Assembly (NCBI RefSeq): GCF_000270205.1
Contig: NC_015913.1
Location: 900,001 to 932,000, forward strand
Reading direction: 5' to 3'
Length of the DNA: 32,000 bases
DNA from: Candidatus Arthromitus sp. SFB-mouse-Japan
Lineage (GTDB): Bacteria; Bacillota; Clostridia; Clostridiales; Clostridiaceae
In this document: positions 1 through 6,986 of the stretch, piece by piece
How the letters are laid out: each line of letters starts with the position of its first letter
Position numbering within the stretch: the first letter of the stretch is position 1
Made by a program: the position numbers and the translations under genes
Notes under the pieces: model-generated
Databases searched by the model: none
Seen by the model: only the letters and a program-made list of their open reading frames with translations
Told to the model about the DNA's origin: nothing

Positions 1-96
1 CTGTATAAATGCAAGTCTAAAAATTATAATAGAGATACTCAATCCAAATAAAATATTTATAAACCTTATTCTCAATCTAACATTTTTCTTGTCCAT
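1..96 (-). CDS. Penicillin-binding protein (PBP2/FtsI/SpoVD-type transpeptidase), N-terminal 32 codons only; the gene continues past the window start
   Basis: ATG at 96 lies 7 nt after GGATGGAG. My translation is MDKKNVRLRIRFINILFGLSISIIIFRLAFIQ, a basic stretch, a TM helix and an RL..IQ motif typical of class B PBP N-termini. The position downstream of the yrrM/yrrO homologues matches pbpI (yrrR) in B. subtilis. Only 32 aa are visible. Confidence 0.45.
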   Translation of the reverse strand, partial: MDKKNVRLRIRFINILFGLSISIIIFRLAFIQ

Positions 97-185
97 AATA
101 AAACTCCATCCTATTTACCCAAACAAATATTTGTATAAGTCATTCCAAATCATAGCAAAAATATTCACAAATATTAATAAATTTT

Positions 186-230
186 CAAAAAATGAATTTA
201 AGGTTAGGATAATACCATCCTAACCTTAAA
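186..230 (-). terminator. Rho-independent terminator after the U32 peptidase gene
   Basis: Perfect 14-bp stem on the minus strand, TTTAAGGTTAGGAT (217-230) / ATCCTAACCTTAAA (197-210), with a 6-nt loop, followed by TTCATTTTTTG. It starts 3 nt after the TAG stop at 234-236. Confidence 0.85.
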
Positions 231-233
231 CTT

Positions 234-1466
234 CTAGCTTAATGAAATTTCATTTTTCTTCATAATTATAAAATCATTTTGTTTTAATTCAGTTTCAACA
301 TGTGCTGTGAAAATCATTTGAGCATGATTTGCCTTCTCAATACTTTCACCTTTACTATTTTTCATATCATTCAATACGACCTCAAAATTTTCAGTTTTAG
401 GTCTTATAATTTCAACCTTATCTCCATTAAATACTCTATTTCTTTGTTCAATAGTTGCTATCTTTGTTTCTCTATCATAATCTTTTACAATTCCAATTAT
501 ATCATATTCTCTAACATATGTTGCACTCTCATAGCTTTGCTCTCCAGATTTACCATAAAAGAAACCAGTAGAGTATCTTCTATGACTTATCTTTTGAAGA
601 TTTCTTTTCCACTCAGGATTAACTTTAAAATTTTCAGGATCTGCGTAATAAGTATCAATTGCTTCTCTATACATCTTTACAACCATTGCAAGATAAAATA
701 AACTTTTCATACGCCCTTCAATTTTAACAGAAGCAACACCAGATCTAATAACATCATCAATATGTTCAATCATACATAAATCTTTTGAGTTCATTATGTA
801 AGTTCCATCTTCATCCTCAAAAACTGGATAATACTCATTTGGACGTGTTTCCTCTACAAGATAATATTTATATCTGCATGCCTGAGAACACGCTCCTTTG
901 TTTGAATCTCTTGATGTCATATAATTTGATATCAAACATCTTCCAGAATAAGCCATACACATAGCACCGTGAACAAACACTTCTATCTCACAATCTTCTG
1001 GCAATTTATTTACGAATTCTTCTATCTCTTTTAATTTTAATTCTCTAGCTAAAATTATCCTTTTTAATCCATAATCATACCAAAATCTTGCAGTTTCATA
1101 GTTCATTGCATTTGCCTGAGTACTTAAATGTATATCTATATTTGTATTCTTTTTAATTATTGAAATTAAACCAGGATCTGCAACAATAGCCCCATCAACT
1201 CCAAGAGATTCACATTTTTTAACATATTCCTCAATACCATTCATATCAAAGTTTCTTGGAATTGCATTTAAAACTAAATAAACCTTTACCCCTCTATCGT
1301 GAGCATATTCAATTCCTTCCTTCAATTCATCAAAATCAAAGTTATCTGCAAATGCTCTCAGGTTCAATCTTGGACCGCCAACATAAACAGCATCAGCCCC
1401 AAAGTCGACTGCGACTTTTAATTTTTCCAAACTACCTGCTGGTGCAAGTAATTCAACCTTTTTCAT
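234..1466 (-). CDS. Peptidase U32 family protein (YrrO/TrhP-like, tRNA U34 5-hydroxylation factor)
   Basis: The U32 signature is visible (EVFVHGAMCMAYSGRCLISNY), with N-terminus KVELLAPAGS. I place the start at the second ATG (1466), 10 nt after AAGGAGG; the first ATG at 1475 is 1 nt from the SD. The gene overlaps the upstream O-methyltransferase gene, as in the B. subtilis yrrM-yrrN-yrrO locus. Confidence 0.9.
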   Translation of the reverse strand: MKKVELLAPAGSLEKLKVAVDFGADAVYVGGPRLNLRAFADNFDFDELKEGIEYAHDRGVKVYLVLNAIPRNFDMNGIEEYVKKCESLGVDGAIVADPGLISIIKKNTNIDIHLSTQANAMNYETARFWYDYGLKRIILARELKLKEIEEFVNKLPEDCEIEVFVHGAMCMAYSGRCLISNYMTSRDSNKGACSQACRYKYYLVEETRPNEYYPVFEDEDGTYIMNSKDLCMIEHIDDVIRSGVASVKIEGRMKSLFYLAMVVKMYREAIDTYYADPENFKVNPEWKRNLQKISHRRYSTGFFYGKSGEQSYESATYVREYDIIGIVKDYDRETKIATIEQRNRVFNGDKVEIIRPKTENFEVVLNDMKNSKGESIEKANHAQMIFTAHVETELKQNDFIIMKKNEISLS

Positions 1467-2118
1467 TTTCTTCATTCCTCCTTAAAATCATTACACCGTC
1501 GCCAATAGGCAATAACCATGTCGAAAATAGTTTATTATTGACAACATTTTTCAAAAACTTTCTCATGTTATTTATGATAGTTTTTTTGCGTTTCACAATC
1601 AAACTATCCGATGCAACCATACCTTTATATAAAACATTGTCAAACATGATTATACCATTTTTATTTAAATTTTGGATACAATTGTTCAATAGTTTTTCAT
1701 AATGAGATTTAGACGAATCAATAAATATAAAATCATAATCACAATCTAAATATTCAAAATTTTCAAAACAATCGCCTTCTATAAGTCGTATATTATCCTC
1801 ATAATTAAACTTTTTAAAATTATCTTTTGCAAGTATAATACGATCTCCATCCCTTTCAACAGTTGTTATTTTTACATTACCTTTAAGCTGTTCACACATA
1901 AATATAGATGAAAATCCTATGGCTGTTCCAAATTCTAAAATATTCTTAGGCCTATTAAGCTTAAATATCATACTAATAAAATTTTGGACCTGCTTATCAA
2001 TTATTGGAATATGATTTTCCAAAGCGTATTCCTCAAGCTCCATAAGATCTTCTGATAAATCCAGATTTATATTCTCAATTATAAATTTGTTTATATCATC
2101 ATTAATTATATTACCCAT
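1453..2118 (-). CDS. trmR: Class I SAM-dependent O-methyltransferase, YrrM/TrmR-like (tRNA 5-hydroxyuridine methyltransferase)
   Basis: Family 3 O-methyltransferase features are present: ILEFGTAIGFSS (SAM motif I) and FIFIDSSKSHY. The SD AGGAG lies 8 nt before the ATG. Synteny mltG-yrrM-U32 matches B. subtilis; the symbol is assigned from family plus synteny only. Confidence 0.8.
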   Translation of the reverse strand: MGNIINDDINKFIIENINLDLSEDLMELEEYALENHIPIIDKQVQNFISMIFKLNRPKNILEFGTAIGFSSIFMCEQLKGNVKITTVERDGDRIILAKDNFKKFNYEDNIRLIEGDCFENFEYLDCDYDFIFIDSSKSHYEKLLNNCIQNLNKNGIIMFDNVLYKGMVASDSLIVKRKKTIINNMRKFLKNVVNNKLFSTWLLPIGDGVMILRRNEENEKG

Positions 2119-2186
2119 GCTAATTTCTCCTAAATCGACATAATCAATAAAAAATAATTTTTTGTTGTATTTTGACTATTTATAAA

Positions 2187-2215
2187 ACTATAGTCAATAA
2201 ACTTATTTATGTCAA
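2187..2215 (-). promoter_or_regulatory. Sigma-A type promoter for trmR-U32 operon
   Basis: On the minus strand, TTGACA (2210-2215), a 17-nt spacer, then TATAGT (2187-2192). It lies just downstream of the mltG terminator and about 70 nt upstream of the trmR start. Confidence 0.6.
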
Positions 2216-2240
2216 CAATCGTATACCCTTAAATCTTATT

Positions 2241-2277
2241 AAAAAATAAAAAGACCACTTATATTAAAATGGCCTTT
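2241..2277 (-). terminator. Rho-independent terminator after mltG
   Basis: Minus-strand stem AAAGGCCA (2270-2277) / TGGTCTTT (2250-2257), 8 bp with one G-U pair and a 12-nt loop, followed by TTTATTTTTT. It starts 6 nt after the TAA stop at 2284-2286. Confidence 0.7.
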
Positions 2278-2283
2278 TAGAAT

Positions 2284-3318
2284 TTATTTTTTTACAGCAA
2301 GAGTTGTATCTCTAATAGCTTTCTGTTTCAAGAAATCTGAATAATTCTCAAAGAAATAATGGTAATTTGTTTCATCATTTAATATAAAATATAAATAATT
2401 TGTATCACTTGGACTAATTGCCGCTTTAATAGACTCTCTTCCTGGCGATGCAATAGGTCCTATAGGTAAGGATGAATATTTATATGTATTGTATTTAGAA
2501 TCAACTTCCAAATCAGAATTATATAAAACCTCTTTATGCTTTCCTAAAGCATAAATAACAGTTGCACATGATTGAAGTGGCATTCCAACCCTCAATCTAT
2601 TATAAAATACAGATGCAGCCTTAACCCTTTCTTCATCGTGTATAATCTCTCTCTCTACAATAGATGCCATCGTTACAATATCATCTATTTTATCTTCAGG
2701 AACCGAAACCTTCAATTCAGTTTCTATTTCTTTTAAAACTTGCTCAAATCTATCAATCATAGTTTTTATAACTACATTTGGTGTTGAATCCTTATCAAAA
2801 TGATAGGTATCTGGAAATAAAAAGCCTTCCAACAAATATCTTCTTTCTTCGATATTTTTAACGTATTTGGGTAATGGATAATATCTTACTTCATTCAAAA
2901 AATCTTGTTTTGTAAAATTGAGTCCTGATTTTTCAAATAATTCTCCCATTGCCTCTATAGAATAACCTTCTGGAACAGTAACTTTAACAAATTCATTTAA
3001 CACTCCTTTATTAAGGAAAGCCATGAATGTCCCTAAAGATACATCATTTCCAAAAGAATATTCTCCTGGTTTTATATTTGTATCATAGTTAAATACCTTA
3101 AGAGAAATTTTTACAAATAAATGGTTCCTGAGTTTACCTTGATTTGCTAATTCATCTATTACATTATTTAAGGTATCTCCCTCTTTAACATTAATCTTTA
3201 CATCCGATGAAAATGGTCTATTATTTATCGATTGAAAATTATAAACAAAGTATGCAACAAAACATAATAGCACCGAGAAAACTAAGATTAAAATTTTTGA
3301 TAACCAAGATATTCTCAT
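2284..3318 (-). CDS. mltG: Endolytic murein transglycosylase MltG (YceG-like)
   Basis: N-terminal TM helix and a YceG domain with MASIVEREI (catalytic Glu region), LQSCATVIYA and GPIASPG. SD AGGAGG lies 5 nt before the ATG. Confidence 0.92.
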   Translation of the reverse strand: MRISWLSKILILVFSVLLCFVAYFVYNFQSINNRPFSSDVKINVKEGDTLNNVIDELANQGKLRNHLFVKISLKVFNYDTNIKPGEYSFGNDVSLGTFMAFLNKGVLNEFVKVTVPEGYSIEAMGELFEKSGLNFTKQDFLNEVRYYPLPKYVKNIEERRYLLEGFLFPDTYHFDKDSTPNVVIKTMIDRFEQVLKEIETELKVSVPEDKIDDIVTMASIVEREIIHDEERVKAASVFYNRLRVGMPLQSCATVIYALGKHKEVLYNSDLEVDSKYNTYKYSSLPIGPIASPGRESIKAAISPSDTNYLYFILNDETNYHYFFENYSDFLKQKAIRDTTLAVKK

Positions 3319-3390
3319 TAAATCCTCCTATATATTATCAACATTTATAATTCATTAAAGCCAAAATAGATACACGCCATTATTCATATA

Positions 3391-3439
3391 AAAAATAAAA
3401 CAAAAAAGCCAAAGTGTAAAAAGTCAATACACTATGGCT
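3391..3439 (-). terminator. Rho-independent terminator after the YlbF-like gene
   Basis: Minus-strand stem AGCCATAGTGTA (3428-3439) / TACACTTTGGCT (3407-3418), 12 bp with one mismatch and a 9-nt loop, followed by TTTTTTGTTTTATTTTTT. Confidence 0.8.
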
Positions 3440-3448
3440 AAAATCTAA

Positions 3449-3790
3449 TTAAACAAAACTTTGTATTCCAAAAGCTTCATTTAATATCTTCATTATGTCA
3501 TCAACAATTATACCAACTTTTTGTTCGTATTGAACATATTCAGCTACAACAGGGTTAGCCATAACTTTTTGAGATACTACTTTAAACTTCTCTTCTGTTT
3601 CCTTCTCTAGTTTTCCTGATGAGCGTTGCTCATTGAAAACCAAAAATTGAACATCTCTTAACTCTTTTAAAAGAGACTTCAAGCTATCATCCGCATTAAT
3701 TTTTTCACTTATCTCTTTTAATTTCTTAACCTCTTCCATTTGCTTAATAGAACTAGCTAGTTCATGAGCTTTATCATGAATATTAACCAT
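3449..3790 (-). CDS. YlbF/YmcA family protein (UPF0342, YheA-like)
   Basis: 113 aa, helical and charged. The N-terminus NIHDKAHELASSIKQMEEVKKLK resembles B. subtilis YheA ([23 protein letters not shown], recalled from memory). SD AGGAGGAG is present. Confidence 0.7.
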   Translation of the reverse strand: MVNIHDKAHELASSIKQMEEVKKLKEISEKINADDSLKSLLKELRDVQFLVFNEQRSSGKLEKETEEKFKVVSQKVMANPVVAEYVQYEQKVGIIVDDIMKILNEAFGIQSFV

Positions 3791-3838
3791 TAATTTCTCC
3801 TCCTAATATTAATGTAATATAAAAATTATCCTATATTA

Positions 3839-5662
3839 TTATATTTCCATTATAATTGGTAAAATCATAGGACGTCTCTTAGTTTTTTCATATAAAAAGC
3901 TTCTAAGTGTATCTTTAATGTTCGACTTCAAAGTAGACCAATCCATTATTCCATCTTCTTCACATTCACGAAGAACTTCTCTAACTAAGTCCCTAACATT
4001 ATCAATTAGTTTCTCAGATTCACGCACATAAACGAACCCTCTTGATATTATATCCGGACCTGCAATTATTGTTCCATTTTGACTGTCTATAGTAACAACA
4101 ACTGTAAGAACTCCATCCTGTGATAAATGCTTTCTATCTTTCAATACTATATTACCTACATCACCAACACCAAGTCCATCAACAAATATTTGACCTGATG
4201 GAACAGTTCCTACTTTGCTTATAGAATTTCTCTTTACCTCTGCAATTTCTCCACATTCCATTATCAACATATTTTTTCTGCTGATTCCTAAGCTCTCAGC
4301 TAATTCAACATGATGATTTAGATGTCTAAATTCACCATGAATTGGTATAAAGAATTTTGGTTTTGCAAGTGCAAGCATCAACTTAAGTTCTTCTTGACAA
4401 GCATGACCTGAAACGTGAACCTTAGCTTTGGATTCATATATAACATCAGCACCACTCTTAAATAATCTATTTACAACCTTAGATACAAGTTTCTCATTTC
4501 CTGGAATTGGAGTCGCTGAAAATATAACAGTATCTCCTGGAGCTATTGATACTTTTTTATGATCTCCTGATGCCATTCTCGCAAGAGCTGACATAGGCTC
4601 TCCCTGAGTTCCAGTAGTTATAATAACAATTTTATCTGGAGCCCATCTATTAATCTCATCAATTCCTATTAAAACATTGTCATCAAATTGTATATATCCA
4701 AGTTCTTTAGCAACACCTGTTATATTTTCCATGCTCCTACCAGATATAGCTACTTTTTTTCCGTACATAGAAGCCGCATTAATTATTTGTTGAATCCTAT
4801 GAACATTAGATGCAAATGTTGCAACTATAATTCTGGATTTTGCTTTGCCAAATATATCTTCAAAAGTCTTACCAATTACCCTTTCAGAAATTGTATATCC
4901 TGGTTTCTCAACGTTCGTACTCTCACCAAGCATACAAATTATACCTTTTCTTCCTAATTCTGCAATCCTACCAAGGTCAGCAATTTCTCCATCTATCGGA
5001 GTAAAATCAACCTTAAAATCTCCAGTATGATAAACTATGCCAATAGGAGTATGTATTGCAATTGAAACAGCATCTGGAATACTATGATTATTTTTTATAA
5101 ATTCCATACTAATACTGTCAAACTTGATAACATCTTTAGGCTTTACAACATTTAACTTAGCATAATCAATATAATGTTCTTTAAGTTTCACTGATAGTAT
5201 ACCCAATGTTAACCTTGTTCCATACACAGGCACATTAATCTGTTTTAATATGTAAGGAACAGCACCTAAATGGTCCTCATGACCATGAGTTAAAAATATT
5301 CCTTTAACTCTATCTTTATTTTTAATTAAATATGTTATATCAGGTATTACCAAATCAATCCCATACATATCATCATCTGGGAATTTTAATCCACAATCTA
5401 TAACAAAAATATCATTTTTATATTCTATTGCTGTTATATTTTTCCCAACTTCATTCAATCCACCAAGCGGTATGATTTTTATAGAATTTTGAGTTCTTTT
5501 AGAATCCTTGTTAAAAGCTTTTTCTCTCCTTTGTTGACTAGACTCTTTTTTCGAACCCCCATCTCTCTTATTAGCTTCATCTTTTTTAGAATAATTATCT
5601 CTTGATCTATAATTATTCTTAGAATCAATAACATCATGTTTTGATTCCACTTTTAAATCCAT
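3839..5662 (-). CDS. rnj: Ribonuclease J with a roughly 55-aa charged N-terminal extension
   Basis: IIPLGGLNEVGKN, LTHGHEDHLGAVPY (beta-lactamase fold motif) and the beta-CASP region HVSGHACQEELK are visible. A strong SD AGGAGGAA lies 7 nt before the ATG at 5662 and overlaps the fur-family stop codon. Confidence 0.93.
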   Translation of the reverse strand: MDLKVESKHDVIDSKNNYRSRDNYSKKDEANKRDGGSKKESSQQRREKAFNKDSKRTQNSIKIIPLGGLNEVGKNITAIEYKNDIFVIDCGLKFPDDDMYGIDLVIPDITYLIKNKDRVKGIFLTHGHEDHLGAVPYILKQINVPVYGTRLTLGILSVKLKEHYIDYAKLNVVKPKDVIKFDSISMEFIKNNHSIPDAVSIAIHTPIGIVYHTGDFKVDFTPIDGEIADLGRIAELGRKGIICMLGESTNVEKPGYTISERVIGKTFEDIFGKAKSRIIVATFASNVHRIQQIINAASMYGKKVAISGRSMENITGVAKELGYIQFDDNVLIGIDEINRWAPDKIVIITTGTQGEPMSALARMASGDHKKVSIAPGDTVIFSATPIPGNEKLVSKVVNRLFKSGADVIYESKAKVHVSGHACQEELKLMLALAKPKFFIPIHGEFRHLNHHVELAESLGISRKNMLIMECGEIAEVKRNSISKVGTVPSGQIFVDGLGVGDVGNIVLKDRKHLSQDGVLTVVVTIDSQNGTIIAGPDIISRGFVYVRESEKLIDNVRDLVREVLRECEEDGIMDWSTLKSNIKDTLRSFLYEKTKRRPMILPIIMEI

Positions 5663-5675
5663 TACTTAATTCCTC

Positions 5676-6125
5676 CTATTCCCTTTTACATTCACTACAA
5701 ATCCCTAAAATTTTTAAATTATGGTCAATAATTTCAAATTTGTATTTATTCTCAACCTGTTTTTCAAGATCTTCTAACAAATCCTCTTTAACCTCCATAA
5801 TTTTATTACATTTAACACAAATTAAATGGTGATGCGTATGTTCCTCATCAAAAGAAGACAATTCATATCTAATAACTCTACCATCAAATACTAGTTTGCT
5901 AAGAACTCCTAACTCCTCAAATAACACGATAGTTCTATAAACAGTAGCAATCCCTATAGTCTTATTCCTTTTATTTACATAGTTATAAATCTCATCAATT
6001 GTTAAGTGCTTATCTCTATTTTCAATTATCACACTTAATATGCATTCTCTTTGAGCTGTTAATTTATATCCTTTTGACTTTAGGTATATTTTTATATCTT
6101 CTATATCATTTAATCCTCTCTGCAT
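5676..6125 (-). CDS. Fur family transcriptional regulator (Fur/PerR/Zur subtype not resolved)
   Basis: KLTAQRECILSVI winged helix, HTHHHLICVKCNK and a C-terminal CSEC (two CxxC pairs plus a His cluster). SD AAGGAG is present. Confidence 0.88.
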   Translation of the reverse strand: MQRGLNDIEDIKIYLKSKGYKLTAQRECILSVIIENRDKHLTIDEIYNYVNKRNKTIGIATVYRTIVLFEELGVLSKLVFDGRVIRYELSSFDEEHTHHHLICVKCNKIMEVKEDLLEDLEKQVENKYKFEIIDHNLKILGICSECKRE

Positions 6126-6154
6126 TAAAACTACTCCTTAGACATAAAGTCCAA

Positions 6155-6182
6155 ATTATATCATTTATTTAACATATTCAAA
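6155..6182 (-). promoter_or_regulatory. Candidate internal promoter for fur-rnj (extended -10)
   Basis: On the minus strand, TTTGAA (6177-6182), a 16-nt spacer, then TGATATAAT (extended -10, TATAAT at 6155-6160) overlapping the ruvX stop. TATAAT hexamers are common by chance in this composition. Confidence 0.3.
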
Positions 6183-6574
6183 TAATCCTGTAAAATTATT
6201 TGAGCTGCCATCTTGTCAACTATATTTTTCCTCTTTTTCCTAGACATATCTGCTTCTAACATAAAATTATTTGCCAAAACCGTAGTCAATCTTTCATCCA
6301 TAAATTCAATTTTGATACCCTCATCTAAAATCTTTTCCAAATCTTCACAAAACTTAATAACCTTTTCCCCTTGAAATCCAATGCTACCATTCATATTCTT
6401 GGGTAAACCAACGACAAGCTTACTAACTTTATTATCTTTTATAATTTTATTAATGTAACAAATATCCTTATCGTACTCACTACGCCTATATGTACCAATA
6501 CCTTGAGCTATTATTCCTGAACTAATAGCAATTCCGATATTCTTATCACCTATATCTAATCCCATATAATTCAT
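6161..6574 (-). CDS. ruvX: Holliday junction resolvase-like / pre-16S rRNA nuclease RuvX (YqgF/YrrK)
   Basis: MGLDIGDKNIGIA, GLPKNMNGS and DERLTT motifs. I place the start at the ATG at 6574 (MNYMGLD), 8 nt after GAGG. The longer tracked ORF (to 6625) would run through a terminator hairpin. Confidence 0.88.
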   Translation of the reverse strand: MNYMGLDIGDKNIGIAISSGIIAQGIGTYRRSEYDKDICYINKIIKDNKVSKLVVGLPKNMNGSIGFQGEKVIKFCEDLEKILDEGIKIEFMDERLTTVLANNFMLEADMSRKKRKNIVDKMAAQIILQDYLNMLNK

Positions 6575-6595
6575 CCAATTAACCTCTGCACAACT

Positions 6596-6633
6596 AATAA
6601 AAAAATCCAAGTAAGCTAACCGCAAACTTGGAT
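6596..6633 (-). terminator. Rho-independent terminator-like hairpin between ireB and ruvX
   Basis: Perfect 8-bp minus-strand stem ATCCAAGT (6626-6633) / ACTTGGAT (6605-6612) with a 13-nt loop, followed by TTTTTTTATT. It starts 8 nt after the ireB stop. Confidence 0.65.
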
Positions 6634-6641
6634 AAAATTAA

Positions 6642-6917
6642 TTACTTTTTTAAGTAAGTTTTCAATACTTCTTCTAATATCTCATCACGCTCAAGTTTAC
6701 TTATCAATGCCCTGGCACCGTTATAATTTGTAATATAAGTTGGATCACCAGATATAAGATATCCTACTAACTGATTTATTGGTTTATATCCCTTTTGTTC
6801 TAAGGAATTATAAACCTCTTCCAATATTTCTTTAGTGTTCAATTGATCTACAGGTCTGACTTTGTTGTCAATCAAGTTCCGATCATATTTTATAAACATA
6901 GTAAAATCTTTTTTCAT
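6642..6917 (-). CDS. ireB: IreB family regulatory phosphoprotein (UPF0297, YrzL-like)
   Basis: [39 protein letters not shown] is characteristic of UPF0297. I place the start at the ATG at 6917 (MKKDFT), downstream of AGGAGG. The longer tracked ORF covers a promoter-like region. Confidence 0.88.
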   Translation of the reverse strand: MKKDFTMFIKYDRNLIDNKVRPVDQLNTKEILEEVYNSLEQKGYKPINQLVGYLISGDPTYITNYNGARALISKLERDEILEEVLKTYLKK

Positions 6918-6957
6918 AATCCATACGCACCTCCTCTTTTGGAGTCGTCTTACAGTA

Positions 6958-6986
6958 ATTATATAACAATAATTATCATTTGGCAA
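6958..6986 (-). promoter_or_regulatory. Sigma-A type promoter for ireB
   Basis: On the minus strand, TTGCCA (6981-6986), a 17-nt spacer, then TATAAT (6958-6963). The -35 abuts the alaS stop codon. Confidence 0.5.

Noticed and set aside
97-185. A possible promoter for the PBP gene (TTAATA, 17 nt, TGCTATGAT) and the 90-nt spacer considered as a possible small RNA.
   Set aside because: The -35 is weak and several alternative hexamer pairings are equally plausible. I saw no structured or conserved-looking element apart from the upstream terminator, so it is too uncertain to list as a feature.
2172-2197. A perfect 8-bp inverted repeat, TTGACTAT-N10-ATAGTCAA, overlapping the -10 of the trmR promoter; a possible operator.
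   Set aside because: My rough estimate is that tens of 8-bp inverted repeats with short spacers arise by chance in 32 kb of this composition. I saw no second copy of the full palindrome in the window; only the half-site TTGACTATA recurs at the Rrf2 promoter, where it is just the -35 box. It would be worth revisiting only if conserved in relatives.
3791-3838. A 7-bp A/T-only inverted repeat (TAATATA...TATATTA) between rnj and the YlbF-like gene, considered as a possible terminator. A similar AT-only repeat follows the glyA stop (about 20440-20460).
   Set aside because: The stems contain no G-C pairs, are not followed by a proper T-run, and are expected by chance in this composition.
6126-6182. 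A Fur/PerR-box-like sequence near the fur-family gene (TGATATAATTTGG) as evidence of autoregulation.
   Set aside because: It matches only about one half-site of the 7-1-7 Fur/PerR consensus, and the symmetric partner is absent. The sequence is better explained as an extended -10 element.
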